Part shown: positions 6,966 through 15,031 of the stretch, piece by piece
Layout of the letters: the number at the start of each line of letters is the position of its first letter
How positions within the stretch are numbered: position 1 is the stretch's first letter
Assembly: GCF_000341895.1 (NCBI RefSeq)
Contig: NC_020409.1
Location: 2,130,001 to 2,162,000 of the forward strand
DNA length: 32,000 nucleotides
From: Pseudodesulfovibrio piezophilus C1TLV30
Lineage (GTDB): Bacteria; Desulfobacterota; Desulfovibrionia; Desulfovibrionales; Desulfovibrionaceae
Direction of reading: 5' to 3'
The notes under the pieces: model-generated
The model's input: the letters and a program-made list of their open reading frames with translations, nothing else
Told to the model about the DNA's origin: nothing
The model's database searches: none
Translations under genes and position numbers: made by a program

Positions 6966-9851
6966 TTACCAGTCAATGGGAAGTTTCACTTTTTGACCGG
7001 CCTTGTTCGTGAAAAAGATATGGCCATGCTCACGGCCGTAGAGGTAAACATCCCGCGTCACTGCCACATCCTGGCGGCAGTACTCAGTGATCAAATCCAG
7101 TCGTCCTTCCTTCCACCAGGCCAAAGCCATCAACCCGTCGGCGGATTTCCCCACATCAAGAGTGGCTTGGGCTATATTGTCCAACTTGAGCCGATAGCCC
7201 AAGCGATTATGGACCTCTACCAACAGGTCGAGATTGGGCAGCCCGCGAAAATTGAACGGATGCAGACCGCCAAGCACGGCATAGTCGAATTTGACATGAT
7301 TGAACCCGATGACAAGGTCAAACTGCTTGAGATGGTCAACAAGATCATCCATCCTGTCCTGTTCATAATCATGCATGGTTTCCCCATCGGAGTCATACAG
7401 ACAGGCAACGGAGACCCCCATGCGATCAGCCCGGTTCCATCCCCCTACATCTTCGGCCGAGTAGCGGGTTTCAATATCAAGGACACCGTAGCGGGCCGGG
7501 GCAGGCTTCTTGAGGTCAATACCGGGAAGATTCACGTCAATCTCCTTGGGTTCTATCGTTTTTGGGTCACCGGACAGGATCGCTTCCAAAACGAATTGAG
7601 CGGCGCGTTTATCGATGGGCCGGTTACCGGAACCACACTTTGGCGAGTGGACACAGGACGGGCAACCCAGCTCGCATGAACAGTCCTCGATGGTTCGCAG
7701 GGTCGTCTGTATCAATTCGTCAGCCTTGTCATAGGCCTGTCGGGACAAGCCCGCCCCGCCTGGCATCCCATCATAAATGAAAACCGCCGGACCTTCCACC
7801 TGCGGATGCATGGGGGTGGAAATACCACCGAGATCATTGCGATCAGTCATGACCATCAGGGGAAGCATGCCGATGGCCGCATGTTCAAAAGCATGAATCC
7901 CACCCATGAAATGCATGAATTCCTCTTCACAACGACGGCGAACATCGTGCCCTATCTCAAACCAGATGGACTCGGTTTCGAACACCAGAGGAGGCAGGTC
8001 CAGAGGAGTAATTCCCAACAACTTCCCACCACGCACCGACCGTTTTTCATATCCGGTGATCTGATCGGTCACCTTGACCCTGCCAAAATAGACTCGGGTG
8101 CCGAAACATGCCTTCTGTCCGAGTACTTCGAGAATTTCAGTATTCTTGTTGCCACGCGGTTTCGTATAATACCCCACGCGTTGCCGATGAGTGCGTACCG
8201 CCTTAGCTCCGAGGTCGAGATCATCCACCACATACGTGGCACCTCGATGCAGATAGACCGCACCGGGATGCGCCTCCCGGAAAGCTCGATGTTCATCGAT
8301 GGTCCCAATGACCGGAGCCTTGCCCCCGGCACCGCCGGTATTGTCCTCGATGTGCAGAGATTGACCAGCTCCGCGCAGGTCCACATCCCGATGAGGCCGC
8401 TTGCGATGAGAAACGATCTCCGCAGGGTGCCCCGGCTGGTCATCGACCACTTCATAAAGATGCCCGTGAGCTACCAACTCTTCCACCCTTTGCGCCACGG
8501 CGTCTTCCCGGAGGAAGGTTTCACCGCGCCGCATGGTCAGTTCCACAGCGGCGCAGATGAGATGCCGATCCATGACCACCGGATTGTATGGATTGAGCAT
8601 GGCCGATTCAGGAGGACGAGCAAAAAAGTCCTCGGGGTTGCGCATGAAATATTGGTCCAGAGCATCTTCTTGAGCCACGAGTGCGACCACGGATTCCTGC
8701 TGACTCCGACCAACTCGCCCGCCCCGTTGCTGTGTCGCCATGACCGATCCCGGATAGCCGACCATGATGCAGACATCCAGCCCACCGATATCGATCCCCA
8801 ATTCCAGAGCCGATGTGGAGATGACCGCCAACAGATCGCCGTCAGCCATGCGCGTCTCGATCTCGCGCCGTTCTTCAGGAAGAAATCCGGCCCGATACGC
8901 GGATATCCGGCTCTTAAATCGCCCGCTACGTTCCGTGGCCCACATGGCGATAAGCTCGGTCAGCTTGCGCGACTGGCAATAGACAATGGTTCGCAGATCA
9001 CGGGCCAGCGCCGCCTGAAGAAGCTGAATAGCCACTTGGGCAGGAGACCCATCCGGATTCAGGAAAACCATGTGCCGCCCACCACGGGCAGCCCCGGATT
9101 CGAGAATGGGATGGACATCAAGACCTGTCAGCATATGGCATAACTCCACCGGATTGCCGATGGTGGCCGAACAGAAAATAAATGTCGGACGCGCTCCGTA
9201 ATATTCGCACAGCCGGAGCAACCGCCGGAAAACCATGGCCATGTGCGACCCCATGACACCTCGATACGTATGAACCTCATCCACGACGATATAACTCAGC
9301 CCGGCCAGAAATTCCGCCCACGCTGCGTGATGGGGTAACATGGAGAGATGCACCATCTCCGGGTTGGAAAGAATCACATTGGGTGGCGAGTTTCGGATTT
9401 TCTTACGAAAATGCGGTGTGGTATCACCGTCATAGATAGCTGCATTCGGCCGACGGTCTTCGGGCAGCAGGGCCGCCAGTTCATTGAATCCCTTGAGTTG
9501 ATCCTGAGCCAACGCCTTGAGGGGAAATAAATAGAGCGCCTTGACTTCGGGGTCGGCCATGCAGTGTTCCATGACCGGCAGATTATAGGTCAGGGTCTTG
9601 CCACTCGCCGTGGGCGTCGCCACAACCACGTGACGTCCGGCCCGAACAGAGTCGGCAGCCTCTGCCTGATGGGAATACAACGTCTCGATACCGAGCAGGG
9701 AAAGTGCCCCCCGCATCGCGCCGGACCACGGACGGCGAGGCTCGGCGTAGCGGGAATCAGTTCCCTTGATAAGGCGATGATGTGCCACTTGATGCGCCAT
9801 ACGCTCACTGTCGAGCAAAGCGGTGACATAGTGATTAACGGGATTGTCCAC
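6966..9851 (-). CDS. DExH-box helicase with DUF1998-type 4-Cys module (YprA/MrfA-like) fused to a C-terminal RNase H-fold DEDD 3'-5' exonuclease domain (YprB/MrfB-like)
   Basis: 961-aa ORF with a GTG start at 9851; an in-frame ATG at 9800 is an alternative. Helicase motifs are Walker A ATPTASGKT (aa 78-86), DEVH (aa 191-194), SAT (aa 228-230) and QRGGRVGR (aa 374-381). The Cys cluster is CSCELGCPSCVHSPKC (aa 724-739). The exonuclease motifs are LDIET (aa 791-795), GFNHVKFD (aa 849-856) and YCRQD (aa 924-928). Confidence 0.85.
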   Translation of the reverse strand: MDNPVNHYVTALLDSERMAHQVAHHRLIKGTDSRYAEPRRPWSGAMRGALSLLGIETLYSHQAEAADSVRAGRHVVVATPTASGKTLTYNLPVMEHCMADPEVKALYLFPLKALAQDQLKGFNELAALLPEDRRPNAAIYDGDTTPHFRKKIRNSPPNVILSNPEMVHLSMLPHHAAWAEFLAGLSYIVVDEVHTYRGVMGSHMAMVFRRLLRLCEYYGARPTFIFCSATIGNPVELCHMLTGLDVHPILESGAARGGRHMVFLNPDGSPAQVAIQLLQAALARDLRTIVYCQSRKLTELIAMWATERSGRFKSRISAYRAGFLPEERREIETRMADGDLLAVISTSALELGIDIGGLDVCIMVGYPGSVMATQQRGGRVGRSQQESVVALVAQEDALDQYFMRNPEDFFARPPESAMLNPYNPVVMDRHLICAAVELTMRRGETFLREDAVAQRVEELVAHGHLYEVVDDQPGHPAEIVSHRKRPHRDVDLRGAGQSLHIEDNTGGAGGKAPVIGTIDEHRAFREAHPGAVYLHRGATYVVDDLDLGAKAVRTHRQRVGYYTKPRGNKNTEILEVLGQKACFGTRVYFGRVKVTDQITGYEKRSVRGGKLLGITPLDLPPLVFETESIWFEIGHDVRRRCEEEFMHFMGGIHAFEHAAIGMLPLMVMTDRNDLGGISTPMHPQVEGPAVFIYDGMPGGAGLSRQAYDKADELIQTTLRTIEDCSCELGCPSCVHSPKCGSGNRPIDKRAAQFVLEAILSGDPKTIEPKEIDVNLPGIDLKKPAPARYGVLDIETRYSAEDVGGWNRADRMGVSVACLYDSDGETMHDYEQDRMDDLVDHLKQFDLVIGFNHVKFDYAVLGGLHPFNFRGLPNLDLLVEVHNRLGYRLKLDNIAQATLDVGKSADGLMALAWWKEGRLDLITEYCRQDVAVTRDVYLYGREHGHIFFTNKAGQKVKLPIDW

Positions 9852-9947
9852 AGCGACGGATGGTAGTACGGTGGCCTCGGTGAATCAATATAATTGTCTC
9901 ACGCATGGTTTTACCCCATGGTGCTTCCCAGGAGAGAGCTTCAGATC

Positions 9948-11384
9948 ATGACTACCCACACCACGAATGCACCGGAAGGTGCTTCACCCCCTCATATTCT
10001 CGTTGTCGATGACTCCCACTCCGTTCGCTATGCCTTGGAAAAACACCTGATGGAAGCAGGATTCTCCGTCACTCTGGCGGTGAATGGCGAAGACGCCTTG
10101 AGCAAGGCGGTCGATGGAAGCTTTGACCTCGTCATCACCGACATCGACATGCCAAAAATGGATGGATATGAGCTGTGCAAAAGGCTTAAGAACGAATTCA
10201 AGACCTCCCATATTCCGATTATTGTCCTGTCGTCGCGGGACAGTGACGACCACGTTGAAGAGGGATTTCGGGTCGGTGCAGATGCCTATCTCGCCAAGGG
10301 CGGCAATATTGAAGACAACATCGTCCGCATCAAGGATATCCTCAACGCCAAAAGCTTTCTGACCGGCAGTCGGATTCTCGTGGTTGACGATTCTGCCAGT
10401 GTGCGCCTTTTCCTGGAGTCCGGTCTCAAGGAAGAGGGCTTCATTGTGGAAACAGCCACCAACGGCCGGGAAGCGCTTGAACGACTCCCCGACTTTGACC
10501 CGAATCTGGTGATTACTGATCTGATGATGCCTGAAATGGACGGCGCAGAGCTTTGCCGGGCGATCAAACAATCCGAGGTCCACAATTCGGTCCCGGTGGT
10601 GATCATGTCCTCCCTGAGTGACAAGCCCCTCATGCGACGCCTTATGCGCGAAGGGGCGGCTACGTTTCTGATCAAACCATTCTCCGTTGCTCAACTCTCC
10701 ATTGTCATCGAAGAAATATTCTCCTCCAATTTCCGCCTTCTCCTGGAAGAAAAAGAACGTCTGCGGATGGAACATCAATTGACCCTGGCGGCCATTGCCA
10801 GCCTGGTCCAGGCACTTGAAGCCCGCGACAGTCTGACTCGCGGTCACTCCGAAAGAGTCGCATGTATCGCCATGGAGCTGGGCAAGGAAATGGGGTTCTC
10901 GTCGAGCCAGGTCGAACGACTGAAGCTGACAGGGCAACTCCACGATCTCGGGAAAATCGGTGTGCGCGACAATGTCCTTCTCAAAAAAGACAGCCTTGAC
11001 GACGGAGAATTCGAGCATATCAAGGGTCATTCCAGCGTTGTGACCAACATTCTTCGCCCCATCAAGAGTCTGCACGACATTCTGGAAGTCACACAGTCCC
11101 ACCATGAGCGATGGGACGGCAACGGCTATCCCGAAGGACTGAAAGGTGAAGAGATACCGCTTAAGGCCCGAATCATAGCAGTTGCCGATGTCTTTGAGGC
11201 CGTGACCTCGGAACGTCCATACCGCGATTCCATGCCCAGCCGTGTCGCGTATGACATTATCCTCGAAGAACGCGGTAAGCAACTCTGCCCGACGTGTGTA
11301 GATGCTTTTCTTCGCTGGTATGAGAAGACTGGAGGCATACTCAAGACGCACGAGACCTCCGAAAGCGACTCCACGCAAAGCTAA
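9948..11384 (+). CDS. response regulator with two receiver domains and an HD-GYP (c-di-GMP phosphodiesterase-type) output domain
   Basis: ATG 9948 follows GGAGAG. REC1 has VVDDS, LVITDIDMP, VLSS and YLAKG. REC2 has VVDDS, LVITDLMMP, IMSS and FLIKP. The output domain has HSERV, HDLGKIGV and HHERWDGNGYPEGL. Confidence 0.9.
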   Translation: MTTHTTNAPEGASPPHILVVDDSHSVRYALEKHLMEAGFSVTLAVNGEDALSKAVDGSFDLVITDIDMPKMDGYELCKRLKNEFKTSHIPIIVLSSRDSDDHVEEGFRVGADAYLAKGGNIEDNIVRIKDILNAKSFLTGSRILVVDDSASVRLFLESGLKEEGFIVETATNGREALERLPDFDPNLVITDLMMPEMDGAELCRAIKQSEVHNSVPVVIMSSLSDKPLMRRLMREGAATFLIKPFSVAQLSIVIEEIFSSNFRLLLEEKERLRMEHQLTLAAIASLVQALEARDSLTRGHSERVACIAMELGKEMGFSSSQVERLKLTGQLHDLGKIGVRDNVLLKKDSLDDGEFEHIKGHSSVVTNILRPIKSLHDILEVTQSHHERWDGNGYPEGLKGEEIPLKARIIAVADVFEAVTSERPYRDSMPSRVAYDIILEERGKQLCPTCVDAFLRWYEKTGGILKTHETSESDSTQS

Positions 11385-11491
11385 CAGGACTCCCAGCCCT
11401 GGCAGAGACCGCCTCAAAGCATCAAGAATCAGGAAGTTGAAGGGAACGCTTCCTTTACGTCCGTGCGACAAAGAGGTATCTCACGACCTGT

Positions 11492-12772
11492 ATGGCTCGT
11501 TTCACAACATCTTTTCCCACACACGGCAAACTGACAACAGTTCCTCTTGCCGTGGCCTACGTCGCCGTTCCATTGGTACTCCTCTGGATAAATCTGACCG
11601 AGGAATCCAGAGTCGCCTTTTCGGTGATCATGCCATGGATGATACTTGCCTTTCTCGGACTCCTTTGTGCGGTCTTTCAACCGAAACCAGATGCTTTATG
11701 GTGGGAAAAAGCACCGGCAAAGGGCCTCGCAATTTCACTGTTTGTCCTGGCTCTCTTCAGCTATGCGCCGAGAGTTCCCATGCGATTTGCCCTGTTCATC
11801 CCCTATATCATGGAGCTGACTCCACTTGTCTTTCTCCTTTTCAGTCTGCTCTGGGCAAAAACCTGCGGCCTTCCTGATCGGGCCGACTTCCAGCGATTCG
11901 GGGCAATTCTCGGCATGCTGTGTCTGATGGATTGTGTCATGGAGTTGATCCTGTATGGAGCTATTCCCACAGTGCGCTGGATAGGGAATGCCGACATACT
12001 GGCAGGGCTTCTATTGGTCTCCCTGTGCGCGGGCCTCAAACCCGGCCAGAACGAGGGGGGATTCGTGGAGCCGGACCAGGGACGCCACTGGTGGCGTGTC
12101 ATCGTCATGCTCGGGCTCCTGAGCTGCTTCTCGCGAACCGGATTATTTGCAGCCGGATGGGTCATTCTTTGTTTCGGACGTGGCCGTCTCCTGTTCCGCA
12201 TCCTGTTCACGATCCTCTGCCTCTTTCTCATTTGTGCTACGTTTCTTTTTCCCACAACAGCATCGGATGCTATCCGCTATGCCGATTACTGGCTCTGGAT
12301 GGAAGCCTTGCGCATGCTGAGTATCGACCCGAGCCTGTTGCTCACCGGATTCGCCATTCCATCGGCCCTCCCCGTCCAGGTTCCCATGAGCATGGATTCC
12401 ATATGGGAAGCCGCCACAGGGCACTCTGCCAGCGCAGGGATCTTCCTGCATCAGATACCGTCATTCTGGCTACGGATCACCACGGCATGGGGAATATTCC
12501 CCCCGCTGGCCTTGCTTGCGTGTATATTTTTCGGTCTCCTGCGCCGACTCAACCGCATGGGAGCAGGACTGACCGCCGCCCTGTTTGCTCAGGGCATGAC
12601 GACTCCTCTGCTGTATGATCCGGCCATGGGCATCAGCATCGGTCTCGGCCTGATCCTGGCACAGACAGGGCCATCCCTTCCCGGCACATTGACCGAGACA
12701 CAGGACGGCACAACAATCCCGACCGCTGCTGATACTGATTCCGCCACGGAATGGGATGTACGTCCCCTTTAA
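11492..12772 (+). CDS. polytopic inner-membrane protein, divergent O-antigen-ligase/Wzy_C-like (tentative)
   Basis: About 10 hydrophobic segments. LLSCFSRTGLFAAGWVIL resembles the SRGA-type motif of Wzy_C proteins. HSASAGIFLHQIPSFWLRITTAWGIFPP resembles the HN..L....E.GI.G loop-to-helix region. The C-terminal tail is Thr/Asp/Pro-rich. No good SD precedes ATG 11492, so the start is uncertain. Confidence 0.5.
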   Translation: MARFTTSFPTHGKLTTVPLAVAYVAVPLVLLWINLTEESRVAFSVIMPWMILAFLGLLCAVFQPKPDALWWEKAPAKGLAISLFVLALFSYAPRVPMRFALFIPYIMELTPLVFLLFSLLWAKTCGLPDRADFQRFGAILGMLCLMDCVMELILYGAIPTVRWIGNADILAGLLLVSLCAGLKPGQNEGGFVEPDQGRHWWRVIVMLGLLSCFSRTGLFAAGWVILCFGRGRLLFRILFTILCLFLICATFLFPTTASDAIRYADYWLWMEALRMLSIDPSLLLTGFAIPSALPVQVPMSMDSIWEAATGHSASAGIFLHQIPSFWLRITTAWGIFPPLALLACIFFGLLRRLNRMGAGLTAALFAQGMTTPLLYDPAMGISIGLGLILAQTGPSLPGTLTETQDGTTIPTAADTDSATEWDVRPL

Positions 12773-12790
12773 CGATAAAAACGAGAAATC

Positions 12791-13978
12791 ATGTCCATAT
12801 TCAACACCAAGTCATCCATTCTCATCACCTGCCCCAAAGGGATACCCGAATACCTCGAAGCCGAACTCAAAACCCTCGGTTTCAAGGAAACGCACCTTTT
12901 GGATGCCGGAGTCATGGTCCAGGGGACCCTGATGGACTGCATGCGGCTCAACCTCTGGGTTCGTACAGGCCACCGCGTTCTCTTCGAGCTGAAATACTGT
13001 ACGGCTGCCGGACCTGATGAGCTTTACCAGCAGGTCGCTGCGATGCCATGGGAAGACTATATTCCCAAAGACGGCTATTTCAGGGTTGATGCCTCCATCC
13101 GTGATACCGAGGTCAACGACTCCCGTTTTGCGGGCCTGCGCGTCAAGGATGCCATTGCGGATCGATTCATGAAACTGTTCAATTCCCGCCCGGACTCCGG
13201 TCCGGAAACAAAAGGGGTCTGCCTCTTCCTGCACTGGCGAGGACGCCAGGCAACGCTGTATCTCGATACCACCGGTGATCCCCTGCCCCGCCGTGGATAC
13301 CGAAAACGTCCCCATACCGCTCCCATGCAGGAAACATTGGCCGCAGCCTGTATTCTTGCTTCGGATTGGCCTGCCAGAGCCGCCGAGGGAGAGCATTTCA
13401 TCGCCCCCATGTGCGGAGCCGGAACCCTGGCCATTGAGGCCGCCCTCATGGCCATGAACGGCGCACCCGGCTTACTCCGCGAGTCCTTCGCCTTCATGCA
13501 GATCAACGGGTATGATGAACAGGCATGGGAAGCCCTCATCAATGCAGCTGAAGATGCTGAAAACCCTGAGATCAAGGGACGCATCATCGCCACCGACCAC
13601 GATCCAGAAGCCGTGGAAGCCGCCAGGGACAACGCTCGTATCGCAGGAGTGGGTGATTTCATCGAATTTGGGACATGCGACTGTGCCGAAACAGATGTCC
13701 CCGAGGGACCGGGTATCGTTATGCTCAACCCGGAATATGGCGAACGACTCGGCGAGGAGAAGGCATTGGAAGCTGTTTATGCTCGCATAGGAGACTTTTT
13801 CAAGCAGGAATGCGGCGGCAAAACCGGATATATCTTTACCGGCAATTCCACCCTTGCCAAACGAGTCGGTCTCAGGACCAAAAGCCGACGTATCTTTTTC
13901 AATGCGAAAATCGAATGCCGCCTGCTTGAATACGAGCTTTATGCAGGCACACGCAAACAAAAGCATACGGAATCATGA
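12791..13978 (+). CDS. THUMP-domain class I SAM-dependent RNA methyltransferase (RlmL / COG0116-like, single-module form)
   Basis: The N-terminal ferredoxin-like plus THUMP region is ILITCPKGIPEYLEAELKTLGF...LRVKDAI. The SAM motif is FIAPMCGAGTLAIEAAL and the catalytic motif is MLNPEYGERLG (NPPY-like). Confidence 0.8.
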   Translation: MSIFNTKSSILITCPKGIPEYLEAELKTLGFKETHLLDAGVMVQGTLMDCMRLNLWVRTGHRVLFELKYCTAAGPDELYQQVAAMPWEDYIPKDGYFRVDASIRDTEVNDSRFAGLRVKDAIADRFMKLFNSRPDSGPETKGVCLFLHWRGRQATLYLDTTGDPLPRRGYRKRPHTAPMQETLAAACILASDWPARAAEGEHFIAPMCGAGTLAIEAALMAMNGAPGLLRESFAFMQINGYDEQAWEALINAAEDAENPEIKGRIIATDHDPEAVEAARDNARIAGVGDFIEFGTCDCAETDVPEGPGIVMLNPEYGERLGEEKALEAVYARIGDFFKQECGGKTGYIFTGNSTLAKRVGLRTKSRRIFFNAKIECRLLEYELYAGTRKQKHTES

Positions 13979-14043
13979 GACCGAAGACAGGACAGAAGCA
14001 GCCGTTCCCTGACAGGAAAGCAGCGCCCTTGCCAGTTCCCTAG

Positions 14044-14088
14044 TCAACTGAACACGCTTCCTGTTGAGTTGAATGCTTCGTTTTCTTT
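14044..14088 (+). terminator. weak candidate terminator after the THUMP methyltransferase gene
   Basis: TCAACTGAACA (14044-14054) pairs with TGTTGAGTTGA (14062-14072) as 11 bp with one central mismatch. A T-rich run (CGTTTTCTTT) begins 8 nt downstream. Confidence 0.3.
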
Positions 14089-14170
14089 AAGAGAAAGCTC
14101 TTTACCAACCGCCTCATTCCGAGAAGCTTCTTTCCGAAATGAGAAAGTCAGGTAAAAGAAAAGTAATCGA

Positions 14171-14887
14171 CTACCCCATTTCCGGCGCTTGCTTCCAGGC
14201 AAAAAGGGGATTGAGGGGTTTCATGTTCACAAAATCCACCCGAACCGCACAAAACGCCCCCACAAACGGAGGGCAGAGGCAACAATTCAGGCGTTTCCCC
14301 AAGCCAGTCTGTTTCCATGTCGTAAGAGGACCGGGTAAGACAGAGCGTGCCAGAGTGGGTCGAAACCCGGTGGATTCCTTGATCAAATCCTGCATTTCGC
14401 ACCACGTATGCCATGATCCCCGGTCCAAGGTACTCTTGGAGCCACGCACATTCATGGCATAATAAAGCGAATTTTTGTTGAGGAAGCCTATGAGAATCCC
14501 TTTTTCAGCCACGCGGGCAGCTTCCTGGAGCATGGCGGCAGGGTCAGCGGTAAATTCGAGCACAGACCAGAGAAAGGCATAATCAAACTCGTTTTCTGCA
14601 AAGGGGAGCAATTCGCCATTGCCATGGTACAACTCCGCCCGATTCCGAAACCGTTGACGGGCTGCCGCGACCATATCCTGACTAGCATCAAGACCACTGA
14701 CATCAAACCCCATCTGATAGAGCATCTCCAGAAAAAGACCGGTTCCACATCCGATTTCGAGAAGTTTTCGCCCACGCCGCGGCCACCCCGCCACGACAGA
14801 TTGCAACAGTTGTACCTCTCTTTCGAGGGCAAACTGGCCCTGCGGCGTGTCAAACCACTGCTCATATTTTTCCGGGTTCCATTCCAT
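14171..14887 (-). CDS. class I SAM-dependent methyltransferase (Methyltransf_11-like), substrate unknown
   Basis: Motif I is KLLEIGCGTGLFLE, post-I is VSGLDAS, and LPFAENEFDYAF is also present. Confidence 0.75.
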   Translation of the reverse strand: MEWNPEKYEQWFDTPQGQFALEREVQLLQSVVAGWPRRGRKLLEIGCGTGLFLEMLYQMGFDVSGLDASQDMVAAARQRFRNRAELYHGNGELLPFAENEFDYAFLWSVLEFTADPAAMLQEAARVAEKGILIGFLNKNSLYYAMNVRGSKSTLDRGSWHTWCEMQDLIKESTGFRPTLARSVLPGPLTTWKQTGLGKRLNCCLCPPFVGAFCAVRVDFVNMKPLNPLFAWKQAPEMG

Positions 14888-15031
14888 ACGATCTCACTAC
14901 ACGGATATGGCCAACAGCGCAGCCTCCTTGTCAGAGAAGTATTACCATCTTGGTGTGTACTGTAAATAGCGCAGGGCAAATCAACGACAGACACACGTGT
15001 CATATAAACACACTCACTGCGAGAGCGGCTG

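Noticed and set aside
7806-9143. Long antisense ORFs inside the helicase (445 aa), the kinase (17846-19078, 410 aa), hynB (29507-30550, 347 aa), the sigma-54 regulator (15446-16084) and others in the ORF track
   Set aside because: All lie opposite genes with strong family motifs. They lack SD sequences and recognisable domains and are rich in Arg/Gly/His/Pro, as expected from reverse-complemented GC-biased codons. I treat them as shadow ORFs.
6966-9851. DUF1998 helicase as part of a DISARM/Druantia-type defence island
   Set aside because: It is a single gene flanked by glnA and a signalling regulator. There is no adjacent methyltransferase, PLD nuclease or large DUF partner, and I saw no compositional break. 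A DNA-repair (MrfAB-like) reading fits better.
9984-11471. 495-aa ORF antisense to the HD-GYP response regulator
   Set aside because: It has the same codon-aligned antisense geometry as the sense gene (triplets start at coordinates congruent to 0 mod 3). The sequence is low-information, and the sense strand has complete REC-REC-HD-GYP motifs.
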